From Hormiphora californensis (lineage: Eukaryota; Animalia; Ctenophora), in assembly GCA_020137815.1 (NCBI GenBank), contig CM035354.1:558001-622000 (forward strand): a DNA stretch of 64,000 bases. The letters are read 5' to 3'. Shown here in pieces: positions 24,642 to 39,100 of this stretch. Position 1 is the stretch's first letter; each line of letters opens with the position of its first letter. A model generated the notes under the pieces. The model worked only from the letters and a program-made list of their open reading frames with translations. It ran no database searches and was not told the DNA's origin. The position numbers and the translations under genes were made by a program.

Positions 24642-27253
24642 TCATTGTTTAAAGAATTCCTCTCGCGTCGTACTTTCAATGATTTTCACCGTTGTCCCCT
24701 CTGCCTCAATTTCAGTCTCTCGAACTTTCTTCATCTTCCACTTATCTAGTAAGAAAAGAGAGATTAATATTCCATTGATACTTGAAAGAAGTAACGACAT
24801 AGCGTCGGATTTTTCGAAATTCGATTCACTAAGTTAGCCAATAAACAATAAATATAACAGTTGAGAATTTTCAGTATCAAGGATTATTAACGGAAATGCA
24901 CTCCCTAAAAGTAAAAACACAAGTAAAACCCAGTTCTAGTTACCTTCAATGTGGAAGCGGAACTGCGAGAGAGGTTTGTTGGAGATGTCAAAGGTGGGAG
25001 GTTTAATGAGTGTTTCATATTGTGGACTCAGTTTTATAGGACTCTCCCAGTAGACCTTCTCCGGTAGGGGCCGTATTTTGAACTGAGGGGGCCGGGGAGG
25101 GGGAGAGGTGTTAGAATCTTAGGGGGAGAGGTGTTAGAATCTTAGGGAGAGGGGTGTTAGAATCTTAGGGGGAGGGGGTGTTAGAATCTTAGGGGGAGGG
25201 GGTGTTAGAATCTTAGGGGGAGGGGGTGTTAGAATCTTAGGGGGAGAGGGGTGTTAGAATCTTAGGGGGAGGGGGTGTTAGAATCTTAGGGGGAGGGGGT
25301 GTTAGAATCTCAGGGGGAGGGGGTGTTAGAATCTTAGGGGGAGGGGGTGTTAGAATCTTAGGGGGAGGGGGTGTTAGAATCTTAGGGGGAGGGGGTGTTA
25401 GAATCTTAGGGGGAGGGGGTGCCCAGTGTCCCGATCTCTGGAATATGAAGGAAAGATAAATGCAAAAATTCTGCAGCAAAACAAAATCCTTGCAGCAAAA
25501 TGAAAAAATATTGGGGGACTGCAGCAGCAGCTGCTGCTGCAGCAGAAGATATTTCCCATACTACTTACACACAGAGATACAGCAGTGCTGCAGTGTTAAC
25601 AGTGTGTAACAGAGAGATAGAATATGTTGGGGCATGCCCCAGTTGTGCGTAATGCACCGACAACAGTCGAGTAAGGGGGAAGGGGAAAGAAAAGAGAGAT
25701 TCATACTTTAACATAGCTCTCTTTTTCCCCCATAGCTTTACAAAGGGGTGAGATCGTTATAGTCACTGTTGCAGTACCCGAGTGGAATTTTCTCGGAATT
25801 GTCCATCTCTGCAGTCGCTGCAGCACTGCAGCAGGGAAGGGGAAGAAAAGAGAGATTCATACTTTAACATAGCTCTCTTTTCTCCCAATAGCTTTACAAA
25901 GGGGTGAGATCGTTATAGTCACTGTTGCAGTCCCTTAGTGGAATATTCCAAGGAATTTCCACTGCTGCAGCAGCACTGCAGCAGGCACTGCAAGAATGGA
26001 ATATTCCAAGGAATATTCCAACCTTATAGGGACTGCAGTAGGGAAATATTCCAATGTTAGGGGTACTGGGACTGCCGGGGTATTTTAGGACGGTAAAATC
26101 CCTATCCATGACTCAATGACTGCAGCAAATAGTAAAATTCCTGCAGCAAAACGAGCTCCCAAAATGAAAATTCCAGGCGTGAAAAAAAAATCGGGACACC
26201 GGGAGGGGGTGTTAGAATCTTAGGGGGAGGGGGTGTTAGAATCTTAGGGGGAGGGGGTGTTAGAATCTTAGGGGGAGGGGGTGTTAGAATCTTAGGGGGA
26301 GGGGGTGTTAGAATCTTAGGGGGAGGGGGTGTTAGCATCTTAGGGGGAGGGGGTGTTAGAATCTTAGGGGGAGGGGTGTTAGAATCTCAGGGGGAGGGGG
26401 TGTTAGAATCTTAGGGGGAGGGGTGTTAGAATCTTAGGGGGAGAGGGGTGCCCGGAGAGGGGCAATTGTTAGAATTCATATCTTGATCTAGGAGTGGAAG
26501 GGGCTTGAATTGTACCTTTTTAACGGGTGGTAGTTGAATAGTCTCCTCTTCTTCCTCCTCCTCTCCTTCCGTACCCTCCCAGAAACCTGGTGTCACCGTG
26601 CACACTCTCTTGGCATTGCTCCGCTTCGGCAACTGCAATACAATAAGGCTGTGTCAAAATGGGGGGGGGGTCTCTCAAATTGGTTACGAAGTCACCCATT
26701 AAAGGGCGCTCACGCGGAGGGGTAATTTCAAAAAAGACTTTCTAGACCGTACGAGACAATCAATAAAATACACATACAGAGCTAGATGAAGTAGAAGTGG
26801 TTGGGTTTTGCTGCTCCGGGCTGTTAGTTTTACTCCTACTCCTTCTCTGGTCCTCCTCAAATAAATCTATCAGTCTTCTATCCAGGATGTTCCGCTCTGG
26901 CTCCCACGTGTTCCATCTGGAGAAGTGGGGGGGGGGGTTTGGGTCGAGGAGTGGAGGGGGAGTTGTTGGGTGTCAACTGTCAACTCTCCAACTCCATGGG
27001 GGAGAAGGGTCTTTTGTGTGAGACAAGCAATCATTTTCCATTGAGTTTGGGTGGTAAAAAACAGGTGCTTTAATCTGTTTATGACCCAACAAAAAGGCAC
27101 TACATACTTGGTCGAGTAGTTTTTCCACTTGACAAGGTACTCAGTCGGAGAACTCTCCTTTCGTTTTCGTTTCTTCAGAATTCTCTCTACCGTGTATACG
27201 GTAGAGTCTCCCTCAGATACCAGCTGCCTCTGATCTTCAGCATCGGATCCCAT
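24642..27253 (-). CDS. CBX: Polycomb/CBX-like chromodomain protein (5 exons)
   Basis: Chromodomain VYTVERILKKR..EYLVKWKNYSTK/WNTWEPERNILDRRLI across exons 27253-27107 and ~26917-26779; further exons ~26632-26516, 25082-24944, 24745-24642. C-terminal KVRETEIEAEGTTVKIIESTTREEFFKQ* resembles the Pc/CBX C-box. Confidence 0.8.
25095..26450. repeat. 24-bp G-rich intronic minisatellite split by a TIR element
   Basis: GGAGGGGGTGTTAGAATCTTAGGG units at 25095-25420 and 26203-26450. Confidence 0.95.
25422..26203. mobile_element. Non-autonomous TIR element with CCC..GGG termini
   Basis: CCCAGTGTCCCGAT ... ATCGGGACACCGGG; internal CTGCAG motifs and a ~120-bp internal duplication; TSD not resolved. Confidence 0.65.
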
Positions 27254-27525
27254 TTTATTGAACCATGCTATAATAAGTAGGGAGGAGATGAGAGAGGGGA
27301 GGGGAGGGGAGAGAGAGATGAGAGGGGGCCCTGGATTACCGAGGATGAACTAACTTTGGTAGCTCGATCCAAAAAAAGAAAATACAACTCCCTTTCTTTA
27401 GATCAAGCTACCCTGGTTGCCCCACCTTCTTTGTACATCAAAATGTACTTGCAGCAGAGCTGCAGAGACACACATGCAAGTACATCAAACCACTTAAACT
27501 GTGGTGCTCTTCACTTCTCTCTCTA

Positions 27526-27618
<93 letters not shown>

Positions 27619-28039
27619 CCACTACACGCACCACTCCCACATGGGGCCGTGAGGCCCCATGCGAGAGCAGGGTTAAATCCCCCGGACCCGGATCCTGTTG
27701 GATCTGAGGGCCCGGAGGGCCTGCGGAGTAAAGGTAGGGTAGGTAGAACAATGTACATACGGGTAAATTTAACAATGTACATATGGGTTAAGTAAAGGGG
27801 ATGATATTAAAAAGGGGGAAGTAAAGTGGGATTAAAGCTTATGGTGACGGAGCACAAGACCTCCTAAACTATCTGCAAAGAAGCCCAATCTGCTACAATG
27901 AATTCTAAGAAGAGACAACTTATCAGGAACTGAAGAAGCAAACCGTCTGAATCTAAGGCAGCCTAAAACAAGCAGGAACGGGTTCGAGCGAAAAAAATAA
28001 TAAATTAATACAAATGGATGATGATTACATGTCGAGCCA

Positions 28040-28824
<785 letters not shown>

Positions 28825-29035
28825 ACCTGTTTCTCTCTGTCTCTCTATCTCACTCTCTCCCTTTCTCTCGCTCTCCCCTCTCTTTCTCTCTTCATCATTC
28901 ATGTAGCTAAAATTAGAATTTATCCCAAAAAACAATCGTTTCACTTTCAGATAAAATAAGAATTACAAGTTAAAATAAAATACAACAGTATCAAATTTGC
29001 CTTAAAAAGTTGACTTCCAATTATATCTTGAGTAA

Positions 29036-32000
29036 TCAAAGTGAAGTTGCAGAACGTGTATAATTAGTGCTTGAAGGGTACACACTACAATCAGTAGTTA
29101 GTTCACCAGGCAACTCATGGATCTGGGTCGCAAAGTTATTTTCAACTAAACCCCTGTTTATCGAGGTAGGAACCTCACTTTCACAGCTCCACAGGTGCAC
29201 CCTCATTGACCCATCACGTGACCTATCAACTACCTTGGCAACCAGCCATCTATCTGTTATTGTCTCCATGAAATACTCTTTACCACCGTCAACTTGTAAC
29301 GGCTGGACATCTGCCAAGAACATTTCCTGAGCTAGGAATGGTATGTCCTCCAGGAATTTCTCATGCATGAGCCTTAGCCTGTTCTCCTTGACCGTATCAA
29401 AAGTACCAAAATCAAGGTGGAACACCCGGACGGACTTTTCTCCCACCTCGTCTGTCTCTACCACCCGGGATCTCCTGTAACTGCCTGTATTAGAATCAGG
29501 AGCGGCTACTATTTCACCAATAGCAGGATAGTGTTTCGTGTCACGAGTTCCGAGGTACTTGTAGTGATCATTCATTTGTTCAGTTAACACTGAGAGGGGG
29601 TCATCAACCTGGGTTTGGGCGTGTTCCAACATGCCCGGGTTCATGTCGTGAGGGAGGATCTGGACCCAGAAATGGAACGGACTAACAACAGACACAATCT
29701 GGACAATAATTGACATGTCATGATCTGGAGAGGGTGGGGTTAAATCACAAGTAAAGGCGTCTGTCCCCTCTTTAAAAGATAGGAAATCTTTCCTACTCTC
29801 GTGCACAAAGGAACACTTGTCACCACGGTAACACGTCTGACCACGGCTAAAAAACTTGCACAACCTCCGTGTGTTGACCCGTTGTCCTAGCAACATCTCT
29901 CCAACGGACTCCCCTTCATTATCCGCCAGGTTATTAGGGCTAAAGAAGTCATCTCCCATGGGATCGAAACTGGAGAGCGTCTCACTGGAAGCCTCACTGT
30001 CCCCTAACCTGATAGTAGATCCACTTGGTTGAAGCCCCTCTACAAGCTGAGTTAGCCGAGCTATCCTCTCATTCATACCCTCCCCCTCAACATCAACCGT
30101 CGTGTCACACAAGTTACCGAGCCGAGTTGCATGGCCTTCAGCGACCAAGACATCTGCTAGATTAGTCACCTCTCCCTCTCCTAATCTGTCCAGAACTGAA
30201 ACAGATAGGCAGCCAGTGTGAAAGGAACCTTCTCCATCTTCTTCTAGAACGAATTTGAGTGGCTCAGTCCGTTCCTCCCCCAGCACCGTTAGATAGACCG
30301 TCTCTTGCACCATGGTTCTAAATAACTCGATAGCGGACCTATTGTAATTGGTGTCCTTTACTTCAAAATCATCAATATCAAAGTCTTCCTCCTCCTCCTC
30401 TTCTAATTCCTCCTCAGCAGAGCTAGCAGCTACAATTTCATACATAGTGCACGGGACACACTGGGCAGGCAACCGGAAAAGAGGAGAGGGAAGTGGTCTA
30501 ACCTCAGTCGTATTACACTCCCCCATATTCCCATAATCGACATAAAACACGGTGTACTTCAAGATAGTCTTGTTCTTCTTTCTATGCACCTTGATCACCA
30601 TACCCCGATACCAAGATACACTACCACTCTCAGGACAGGAGTATCGCGCTGCACAGAACCTTCCAGGAACTAGGTCAACTCTACAGGGCTCCAGTGGTGT
30701 TGCCTGGACACCGGGCCTCCTCAAATCACGCTGTTCAAACCATTTGAAAGTATTATCTAGCTGATCTCCATCAACCTGAACTCGAACTAGATTCTTGTTT
30801 TTGTCAACTACAGAGCCGGTTAGAGTTTTACCTGCTACCACCCAGGAGGCTTCATCTCCCACCTTCCAGTCCTTGTCCTCAGGGGAGTATAGTTTGGACA
30901 GGGATGTACTGATACCCTGGGGGGAGGTGTGTCAATTCTGACATCTTTACAACGCATACCTATAATGTTTAAAAAAGAAATAGCTCTGATATTTTAATTT
31001 CTAATTTCTAACCTTTTCACAACCCGTTACAACACCCAATAAGGGGGGGGGGTGTGACACGTAACACTTTGTAACATGCAACGTGCACAAAAAAGTTTTC
31101 TGCACATGTTACAAAATGTTACGTGTCGCCCCCTCCCACTAATTACGTGTTCTCTGAGATTCTAACCTCTAGTGTAGATATAGTACGTGTGCTGAGAAGT
31201 GAGACAAAGAACAGATCGGGGGAGTCGACATTAGTAACCAGGACAGGAGAGCAGAACTGGTTAGGTGAAACACTCTGTATTGGTATTTCTCTCCAGTGCT
31301 GCTTCTTCTCTTCTAGAACCTGGTGTGATGTAGTAATTATAACATGATATTGTGTGGGTATTAGAGATGCAATGGGGGTTGGAGGGAGTGTGGGTGGTTG
31401 GGGTTGGAGGGAGTGTGGGTGGTTGGGGAGGACCGGGAGTGTGGGTGGTTGGGGGTTATAGGACCGGGAGTGTGGGTGGTTGGAGGAGGACCGGGAGTGT
31501 GGGTGGTTGGGGTTGGAGGGAATATGGGTGGTTGCTGGGGAATTCGTTGCCAAGAGTAGCATTTAAAAATCGATTAGTAGCGATCAAATAGGAAAAAGTA
31601 CCTGGTATTCCTGATAGGCGATATCAGCTGTAAAATCTTTAATTTTATACCGCGAAGGATCAAAACTTGGCTCCTCATTCTCCAGAGTGATCTCATCCCT
31701 CTCCACCTCATTCCCAACATCCTCTTCTTCCTCTTCCTCCTCTTCATCACCAGATAAGTCCTCCTCTAGCCCCTCAAGATCAATATTGGATGTAACACCA
31801 CCGGGTACAGGGTAGTTTTCACCGGATACAGGGTAGTTTTGATCGGGTACAGGGCAGGTTTCACCGGGTACAAGGCAGTTGTCTGGAGGTGGGACCATTT
31901 CAAAGGAAGATGTTGCTGATATGTGAACAATGGAGGTGTCAGACATTGATCCATTATCTGCTGAGTGCCGTGCATCTTCTGCTGAATGACGTGCATCTGC

Positions 32001-32268
32001 TGAGTGACGTGCATCATCTGCTGAATGACGTGCATCTGCTGAGTGACGTGCATCATCTGGTGTGTGACGTGCATCATCTGCTGAGTGGTTTGGATCAGGT
32101 AGCACCTCGCAGCTTGAGCTAGGACTTGTCTTCACCTTCCCTCCTCCTTCTTCTGGTGTTATAGCAGTGGCAGCTGCATCTAGAAACCTGATGGGAAAAT
32201 GGAATAATGGTTAAGTTATCACTGTTCTTGGGAAACTTTTCTGGCGGTCGGCGGATAACCAAAACAGG

Positions 32269-32342
<74 letters not shown>

Positions 32343-35300
32343 ACTTTTATTTCTAACAGGGTCAGACAGACCAACTTACAGTTTCTCTTCTAAGAGGTGC
32401 TGGTGTTTTATCTCAAAGTTTGGAGGTGGTTGTTCAGGGTCCACACTGTACCGGTCGGAGGCCCAGGGCTGATTATCACTACTGCTGCAGACATAAAGCT
32501 ATTGTTAGGGAGTGTGAGTTAGGACGTGGTAGGAAATAAAATTACAGGGTTAGTACCCCAGACACACTGAACAGACTTGAAATAATAATTTTAATCTATT
32601 CGGAAACGAAAAATAAATACGAATTGACATGCTTGGTTAAAATTACCAGTTATTCCTATTGTTTGTGGGAGGGCGACCCCGTCCTATAGCCTGTGCTGAC
32701 CCGAATGAAGTGGGCTCAAACGGCTTCGGAGGGCTACCCCCAAAGGAGGGTGGCCGGGCTACTAGATTGTCGTCAATGGCCTCGTCGTCATATAGATTCC
32801 TCCGAGGTTTTGGGCGGGGAGGACGGGATTGGGCTGAGGTGAAGACGTTCGTATTGTCTGTTTCCTCGATTTTATAGTGAGGTCTAGATCCAATGTATTC
32901 CGTGGCGGAATTCTCCATTCCCCTCAGATCGTTGCTGCCTGATAAGATAGACACGGGTAGTAGTGAGGTATTGAAGTGGTGTGGGGGTTAACACGGGGCT
33001 GGGAACAGATAAAGGGAGGTTTAAAAACGTGTTGAATTATTCCTATACTACCGTTATAGCGCTGCCAGCTGCAACTCAAGGGCAGTAGTGAACTAACTAA
33101 GTTAGTAATTAACTAAGTTAGTAGTTAACAAAGTTAGTAAATAGTAACTTACTCTGGACTTCTCTCCACTCTGCGAACCCCATCTCCACCATCATCTCAG
33201 CTACATCAACTGATTTACTACCGTCCTCCAAAAACAGAGACACACCGTACACATTGTTCTTCATATTGTTAACTTCAATCCTCAGCTCCTTCTGGTTTCC
33301 GTATGCGTCCCAGATGCTGTCTACGACTTCCTGGGGCCACTGGCCACCTAAAAAATACCGGATGGAATCATTTAACCTGTCATATCAAATAGAAATATAA
33401 AGGGGTGAGCCAGATAACACGTTTACCTTGAGCCTTGGTCGGCTGGATTCGGTCTAAAAAGCACTGTTGAACAGTCATAGGGAATTTGATCAGGTCATCA
33501 GGTAGAGATCCTCTAATTTGATCCCACTTCACCTCAGCTCGGTTCCCGTAGTCGATAAACAGAACTCCATACTTACCACCTGTTTTAGAAATTACATTAA
33601 TTGGTAATTTGGTTAAAACTTGACAAATTTCCTACCGTAGTAAATGAATAAACAACTTCAAAAATCCGACTTTAAATGACCACCCAAAGAGACTTAATGT
33701 AATTTAATACATCGTGTACCGTCTAACTACTAACCTGGTTTAGCAGTTGTAATACATGCTCGATACCACTCTCCATCAAACTGAGCCAGAACAATCGAAC
33801 CAACAGGATGATTCTTTTCGCTCTTCAATTGTCCAACACAGCGATTGATTATCCCTTGGAGCCTTTCAATTATGCTACTCCGGTTCAGTGGAGATGTAAC
33901 GAAGAACAGATCAGGAGTGAATAGTTCCTCAATGGTACAGTAGTTGACTTTAGTATGATCTGTGAAGTTGGTTATGAAGGCAAAGAACCGTTTCATTGAG
34001 GTATTTTTGCAAATATCGTTGTACCGCGTGTCCGATACATCTTCAGAGCCCCATGAACCCCCAGTAGCACCTGCAAGGGCTTCTGCAGACGAGGGAGGGG
34101 TGTCAGATCGACTAGGTTGTGAGGGAGGCGGGAAAAGTGGCCTCGGCTGTCTGTTATGTCTTTCAGCTTGTGCCATTCTTTCTGCTGCTTCCCTGCGACT
34201 TCTTTCCTCCATTTCCATCCTTTGTGCCTCTCGATCTCTCCTTTCTGCTTCAATTCTCTCCGCCTCCCTTCTCTCTGCCTCCCTCCTTACTAGTTCTGCC
34301 TCCCTCCTTTCCATCTCCCTTTGTTGCTCCTCTTCCCTACGCAAAGCAGCAACCTGTCTCTCTTGCTCCCTCTCCCTCTGTACTCTCTCCTCCTCTGCCC
34401 GTCCAAGGTTAAGAGATGAGAATCCGGGGACAGGGCTTTGTTGGGGTGGAACCTGGAGAGAGATGGGTTGTTTAGAATTGTAATTCCAGACTAGCTTACT
34501 TGTGTGCTTACTTGAGAATACTGCTGCAAAACGGACTGTGTTGGTCGAGTAGGGGTACGTTTAGCAGATGAACGAGGTAGGTGTGGGAGGCGAATATCAT
34601 CAGCGTCAGCAGAAGTCTAAAGACAGATCGAGAAAATACTTTTTTGAAGAAAAAAAGAATAATGAATCAGTTTTTGATAGCGTAGCATTTTGAATCAATA
34701 CTTACGGTTGGTCCGGGCCCAGGTTTTGCAAAATCTGACGGTGTCAACATCTGAAAACATAATTAATTAGACGATTAATTATGTATGCTGATTCCCTGTC
34801 CTTGACAGAATTGCAACTTGTTATTATGCTCCAACATGCGCGCCATAACGCAGGTCCTTTCATCATAACATAAGCATCGCGCGCTCCGTCTTAAGACAAA
34901 TGAGCGACAGTCAACTGAGGTACCTACCGGTTTGGGTTGATGGTCGCTACTCCTGTGGTAGTCCCTGGTTGAGGCGGGGGTGGGAGGCTGGGATTGGTAG
35001 TCCCTGACAGAGTTGGGAGGCTGGGAACGTATGGTGAGGTCACGTGGTGGTGGTGGTTCTCTAGATAACGGAGGAGTTCTCTCTCCCTCGCCATCTTCAT
35101 CATCTGATTCACCTGGAGGGGGAAGGGTGGTATTATAGAGGGGATGGGACTTGTGGTAAAAAGAGGGGTTATAGAGGGTTGGTTATACATATTTAGGAGA
35201 CATACAGACTACTTACTTTCTAGTTCAAGTCTGTTTATAGCCGCAATAAGTGGATTTATGTCAAATGTTAAGGGTCCGCCCCCAAACTCCAAATCAGATT

Positions 35301-35705
35301 GCATTTTCTGGAAGCCACTTAGAGCTTCTTTCTGTCCCTCCTTTCCTCCATCGCGGACCCTATTTTCTAGTCGCATGATTTCGGCCATCATGTCAGCTCT
35401 ACTGGGTCTGGATCTGCTTCTAACCGTCATCAACTGATTGTATCTGGGTCAAGTAGAGGGTGTTAGTTGATCTGCCGAAACCTCAGAGCCAAACAGGGGT
35501 TAGAAGCAATACACTTGGGGAGTTGAGAAGGGTTACACTGAGACTGGTAGGGGAAGGTTCGTCCCAAAGATAAGACCTACCTTTGTCGAATTTGGAGAGT
35601 GACCTGTTCGCAGATCTGGTCGATATCAATGTTAGACTCGGCCTGTTCATCGACTAGAATTCTGAGCCGGTCCAAATCCTGGAGGATCCGAGTGGACCTG
35701 TTCAT
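29036..35705 (-). CDS. Multi-Tudor domain protein with CCCH zinc finger (TDRD-like), ~13 exons
   Basis: Probable start MNRSTRILQDLDRL at 35705. Three extended Tudor domains (GSIVLAQFDGEWYRA..LFIDYGN; FCAARY..WYRG..VFYVDYGN; GEIVAAP..YRRSRV..HLDFG) and a C-x8-C-x5-C-x3-H finger (CKFFSRGQTCYRGDKCSFVH) in the large last exon 30917-29036. Confidence 0.85.
31043..31137. mobile_element. Miniature poly-G-ended inverted-repeat element, intronic and degraded
   Basis: Gn-TGTGACACGTAACA ... TGTTACGTGTCGCCCCCTCCC; no clean TSD. Confidence 0.5.
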
Positions 35706-36151
35706 TGTCTAGATCCTAGGATAGTGCTGATAATAATTAGTGGTGCAATTAGTGGTGATTAGCGGAGGAATTATATAGTATGGCGGAGGAAGGGAAGGGA
35801 GAGATAAGAACTTTGTTCTTTCGAGAATTTGGAGATCACGCGAGTCGAGTCATTGAAAATATTGAAACTCAGTTTTTTGTCCAAATCCAAAACAAACCAA
35901 TCCAACAATTACAAGATAGTCAATTGAGTCAAGCGACATGAGACTCATAAAGCGATACATTATATTAATTGTACAAACCAATCAGAGTTACAAAATAATT
36001 TACTACACATTAAAAATCAGATAATATGCTAAAAACAGTTTCTTAGAAAACACACAAGACAAGTCTTAAACCAAACCATATCATGCTAATTGCTAACTGA
36101 ACCCCCTGCTCAACTTGGGAGAGGAATGCTGAACATTCCCTCTTTCTCTCT

Positions 36152-39100
36152 TCAACACATCTTGTTTTTTAACTCCCTCTTTCTCCTCTCATCCAGACTC
36201 ATGGCTGGACAGATTGAGGGGTCGTGAGATCGACCAGTCCTCAGCTGACACAACTCATACTGATAGCAATCATCGTCACATTTGTTGCCGTTCTTGTGGT
36301 ACATGAAACTGGGAAGAAGGGGAGGGAGGGTTAGACAACAAATCGATTGGGAAACAGGTAGGGAAGGTCGGGTAGTTAAAGTAAGAGTGGCGCGCCGTGC
36401 TTTCTCACAAAACTTAGTGGATGAACGGGGAGTACCACCAGGACCATTGGTATGGTATAGAAAATTTCCAATTCTGTCTCGTTCATTAGTTATGACGTAA
36501 TATGTTCATTATTTAAACTTTTATAAAATTGCTCTTCAGAAAAATCCGTTTATTTTGGATTGAAATGAATGCTTGCATCGTGTTCAGCGTCAAAAAATAG
36601 CCGGGGTACCAAATTTTGGTGTCTCTACCTTGTCTGTGACGCGAGATATTGACAAATATAAAAAACAACCAAAATGGGTGAGAGAGAGTTTGTTATCTTT
36701 GGGTGCTAGTTGTTTGTGCGCGCCGCCCACTTGTAACAAACTCTCTTTCTCTCACTTAGGTCGTTTTAGATAATTGTCGATATCTCGCGCCACAGACAAG
36801 GTAGAGACACCAAAATTTGGTACCCCGACTATTTTTTGACGCTGAACACGATGCAAGCATCCATTTCAATCCAAAATGCACGGATTTTTCTGAAGAGTAA
36901 TTTTATAAAAGTTTAAATAATGAACATATTACGTCATAACTAATGAACGAGACAAAATTGGAAATTTTCGATACCGTACCAATGGTCCTGGTGGTACTCC
37001 CCGTTCATCCACTAAGTTTTGTGAGAAAACACGGCGCACCACTCTTACTTTAACTGGGAAGGGAGGGAATGTTAGATAAAACAGCACTATTGGGGAGAAG
37101 ATATCACACGACAATGTATAACATTACTTGTAGTATGTTTTATTAAAGAAACCCCTGTCCTCCTCTAGTCGTGTAACAAGGGTCTCCATCTCATCAGGAA
37201 CCAGCCAGGTCAGGTTATATGCACTCTCAGTGTCATACTCTAACTCCCAAACTGTCTCGTTTTTAGTGTTCGCCCGGTCCAGATCGAATAAATAGGTTTC
37301 ATGTTTTAGTGGCCTATAGGTGGACCCGCTGTACAGACCTACAAAGTGGTTCATTGATATCTTAAAGTTATCATAACTATTATGTTAGTTAGTAAAAGAA
37401 TGATCACCAAAACAGAAAATCGTATTTGATTCCGATTTTAGGCCATAAAAACAACAATTCATTACCATCAAAAGTATAAACTCGAATTGAAGGACTGAGA
37501 TCAGCGAATGTGGTGAGAGAGGGGCTAACAAACTGATATGAAGTTGGGTGATGGTCTGGTTCCTCGCTGTACTGCATCATGAAGTGATCCAAGTGGGTAT
37601 GTCCCATAAACTGACCTACTATCGTTCCCTCAAACCTGATTAGGGATGAAGTTAGCAAAGGGTTTCATAAAATTATAATTACAGTTGCATGAATTTTTAA
37701 CTAGCTAATTATCTAACTAATCAACTAAATAACTAACTAACTAGCTAATCAACTTACTAATTAACCAACCAACCAATTAACTAACTAATTATCGAATTAA
37801 CTTACCCATTACTTAACTAATTAATCAATTAATTAACTAACCTGTCAACAATCCTGTAGTAGTTCCAGCTGAAAGATTTCAGGCAATCAATTCTCCCAGT
37901 AGGTATGTGACCAAGGATAATTACCTAGAGAGAGAGGTCATTAGTCTCGTACAGGGTGTTCAGTTTTGATCTTTACAAGCTCGTTACAAAATGAACACCC
38001 AGTATGGAACCTAATTCCATTAATTACCGAACTACTATAACTGTACTATTCAAATAGAGACACACAGCTGTGCTCACCTTGGTACCAGCCTTCTCAGCCC
38101 AAGTCAGCTCCTGGACCAGCCATTGCAGTTGTCCACCGGGATCATTGTTATCGAGATACAACCAGAAGTTGAGGGCATCACAATACATCGTGTTTAGTGA
38201 TACAATACGTAACGATTCAGAGTGTTGTACCGCATAGTATCCAGCACTAGGGGGGGGGGGGGTAGTTGTGAACATGACTACATTGTGACATTATTATGTC
38301 GTGGAAATGATACAAAAAGTCGATTCTAGTTAGCACAGTGGCACAAGATAATATCTGTTGTATATTATACGTACTATCCTACAGTGGGTAGTGCTTCAGG
38401 TGGTAACCATAGCGACCATATCTTCTGGACGTAGAGGTTCAGCCAGTCGTTAGAGAGGGCTTTTGATGTCAGTCCGGGCGGTGGGAAACTAAAAAGGGGA
38501 GATTTAATTCACAATGAGATTCTCCCTCCCTCTCTCTCCCTCTCCCTCTCTCTCCCTCTCTCTCCCTCCCCCTTCCTCTCCCTCTCCCTCCCCCTCCCTC
38601 TCCCTCTCTCACCCTCTCCCTCCCTCTCTCATTCACTCTCTCCCCATCTCCCAGCTCTCTCTTTCCCCTACCTATCTACAGGTGATGACTCGTGGTTCCC
38701 CAGGGCCGGGTATACCCTAGTTCTGGGCAGATATTCTCTCATCAGTTGGGCTGTCAGTCCAATATGGTGCTGCTGTTCTGACCGGGACTGGTTCCATACA
38801 TCGTGGGCAGGAATATCACCCGTCCAAAATACTAAATCGGGCTGAAATTTAATATACTAGGTCTCTAATACTAGATCGGGCTGAAATAATAATTGTAGTC
38901 TACACTCTAGTGTACATGTCCGATCATGTTATTGCACATGTCTCGTAGACACGACAATTGGCAGTGAAAACAGTATTTCACACTCACACTACCACACACA
39001 CTTACCTTAATTTCCTCAGCTATGAACTTCAGGGCATTCTTATACGTCCTCAGGGGGATATCACATGAGGCCTTGAGTGATCCCCAGTAGCCAGCCTGAT

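Noticed and set aside
25237-26338. (PPPPKILT)n extensin-like ORFs
   Set aside because: Intronic 24-bp minisatellite of the CBX gene; the flanking exons join in phase without it.
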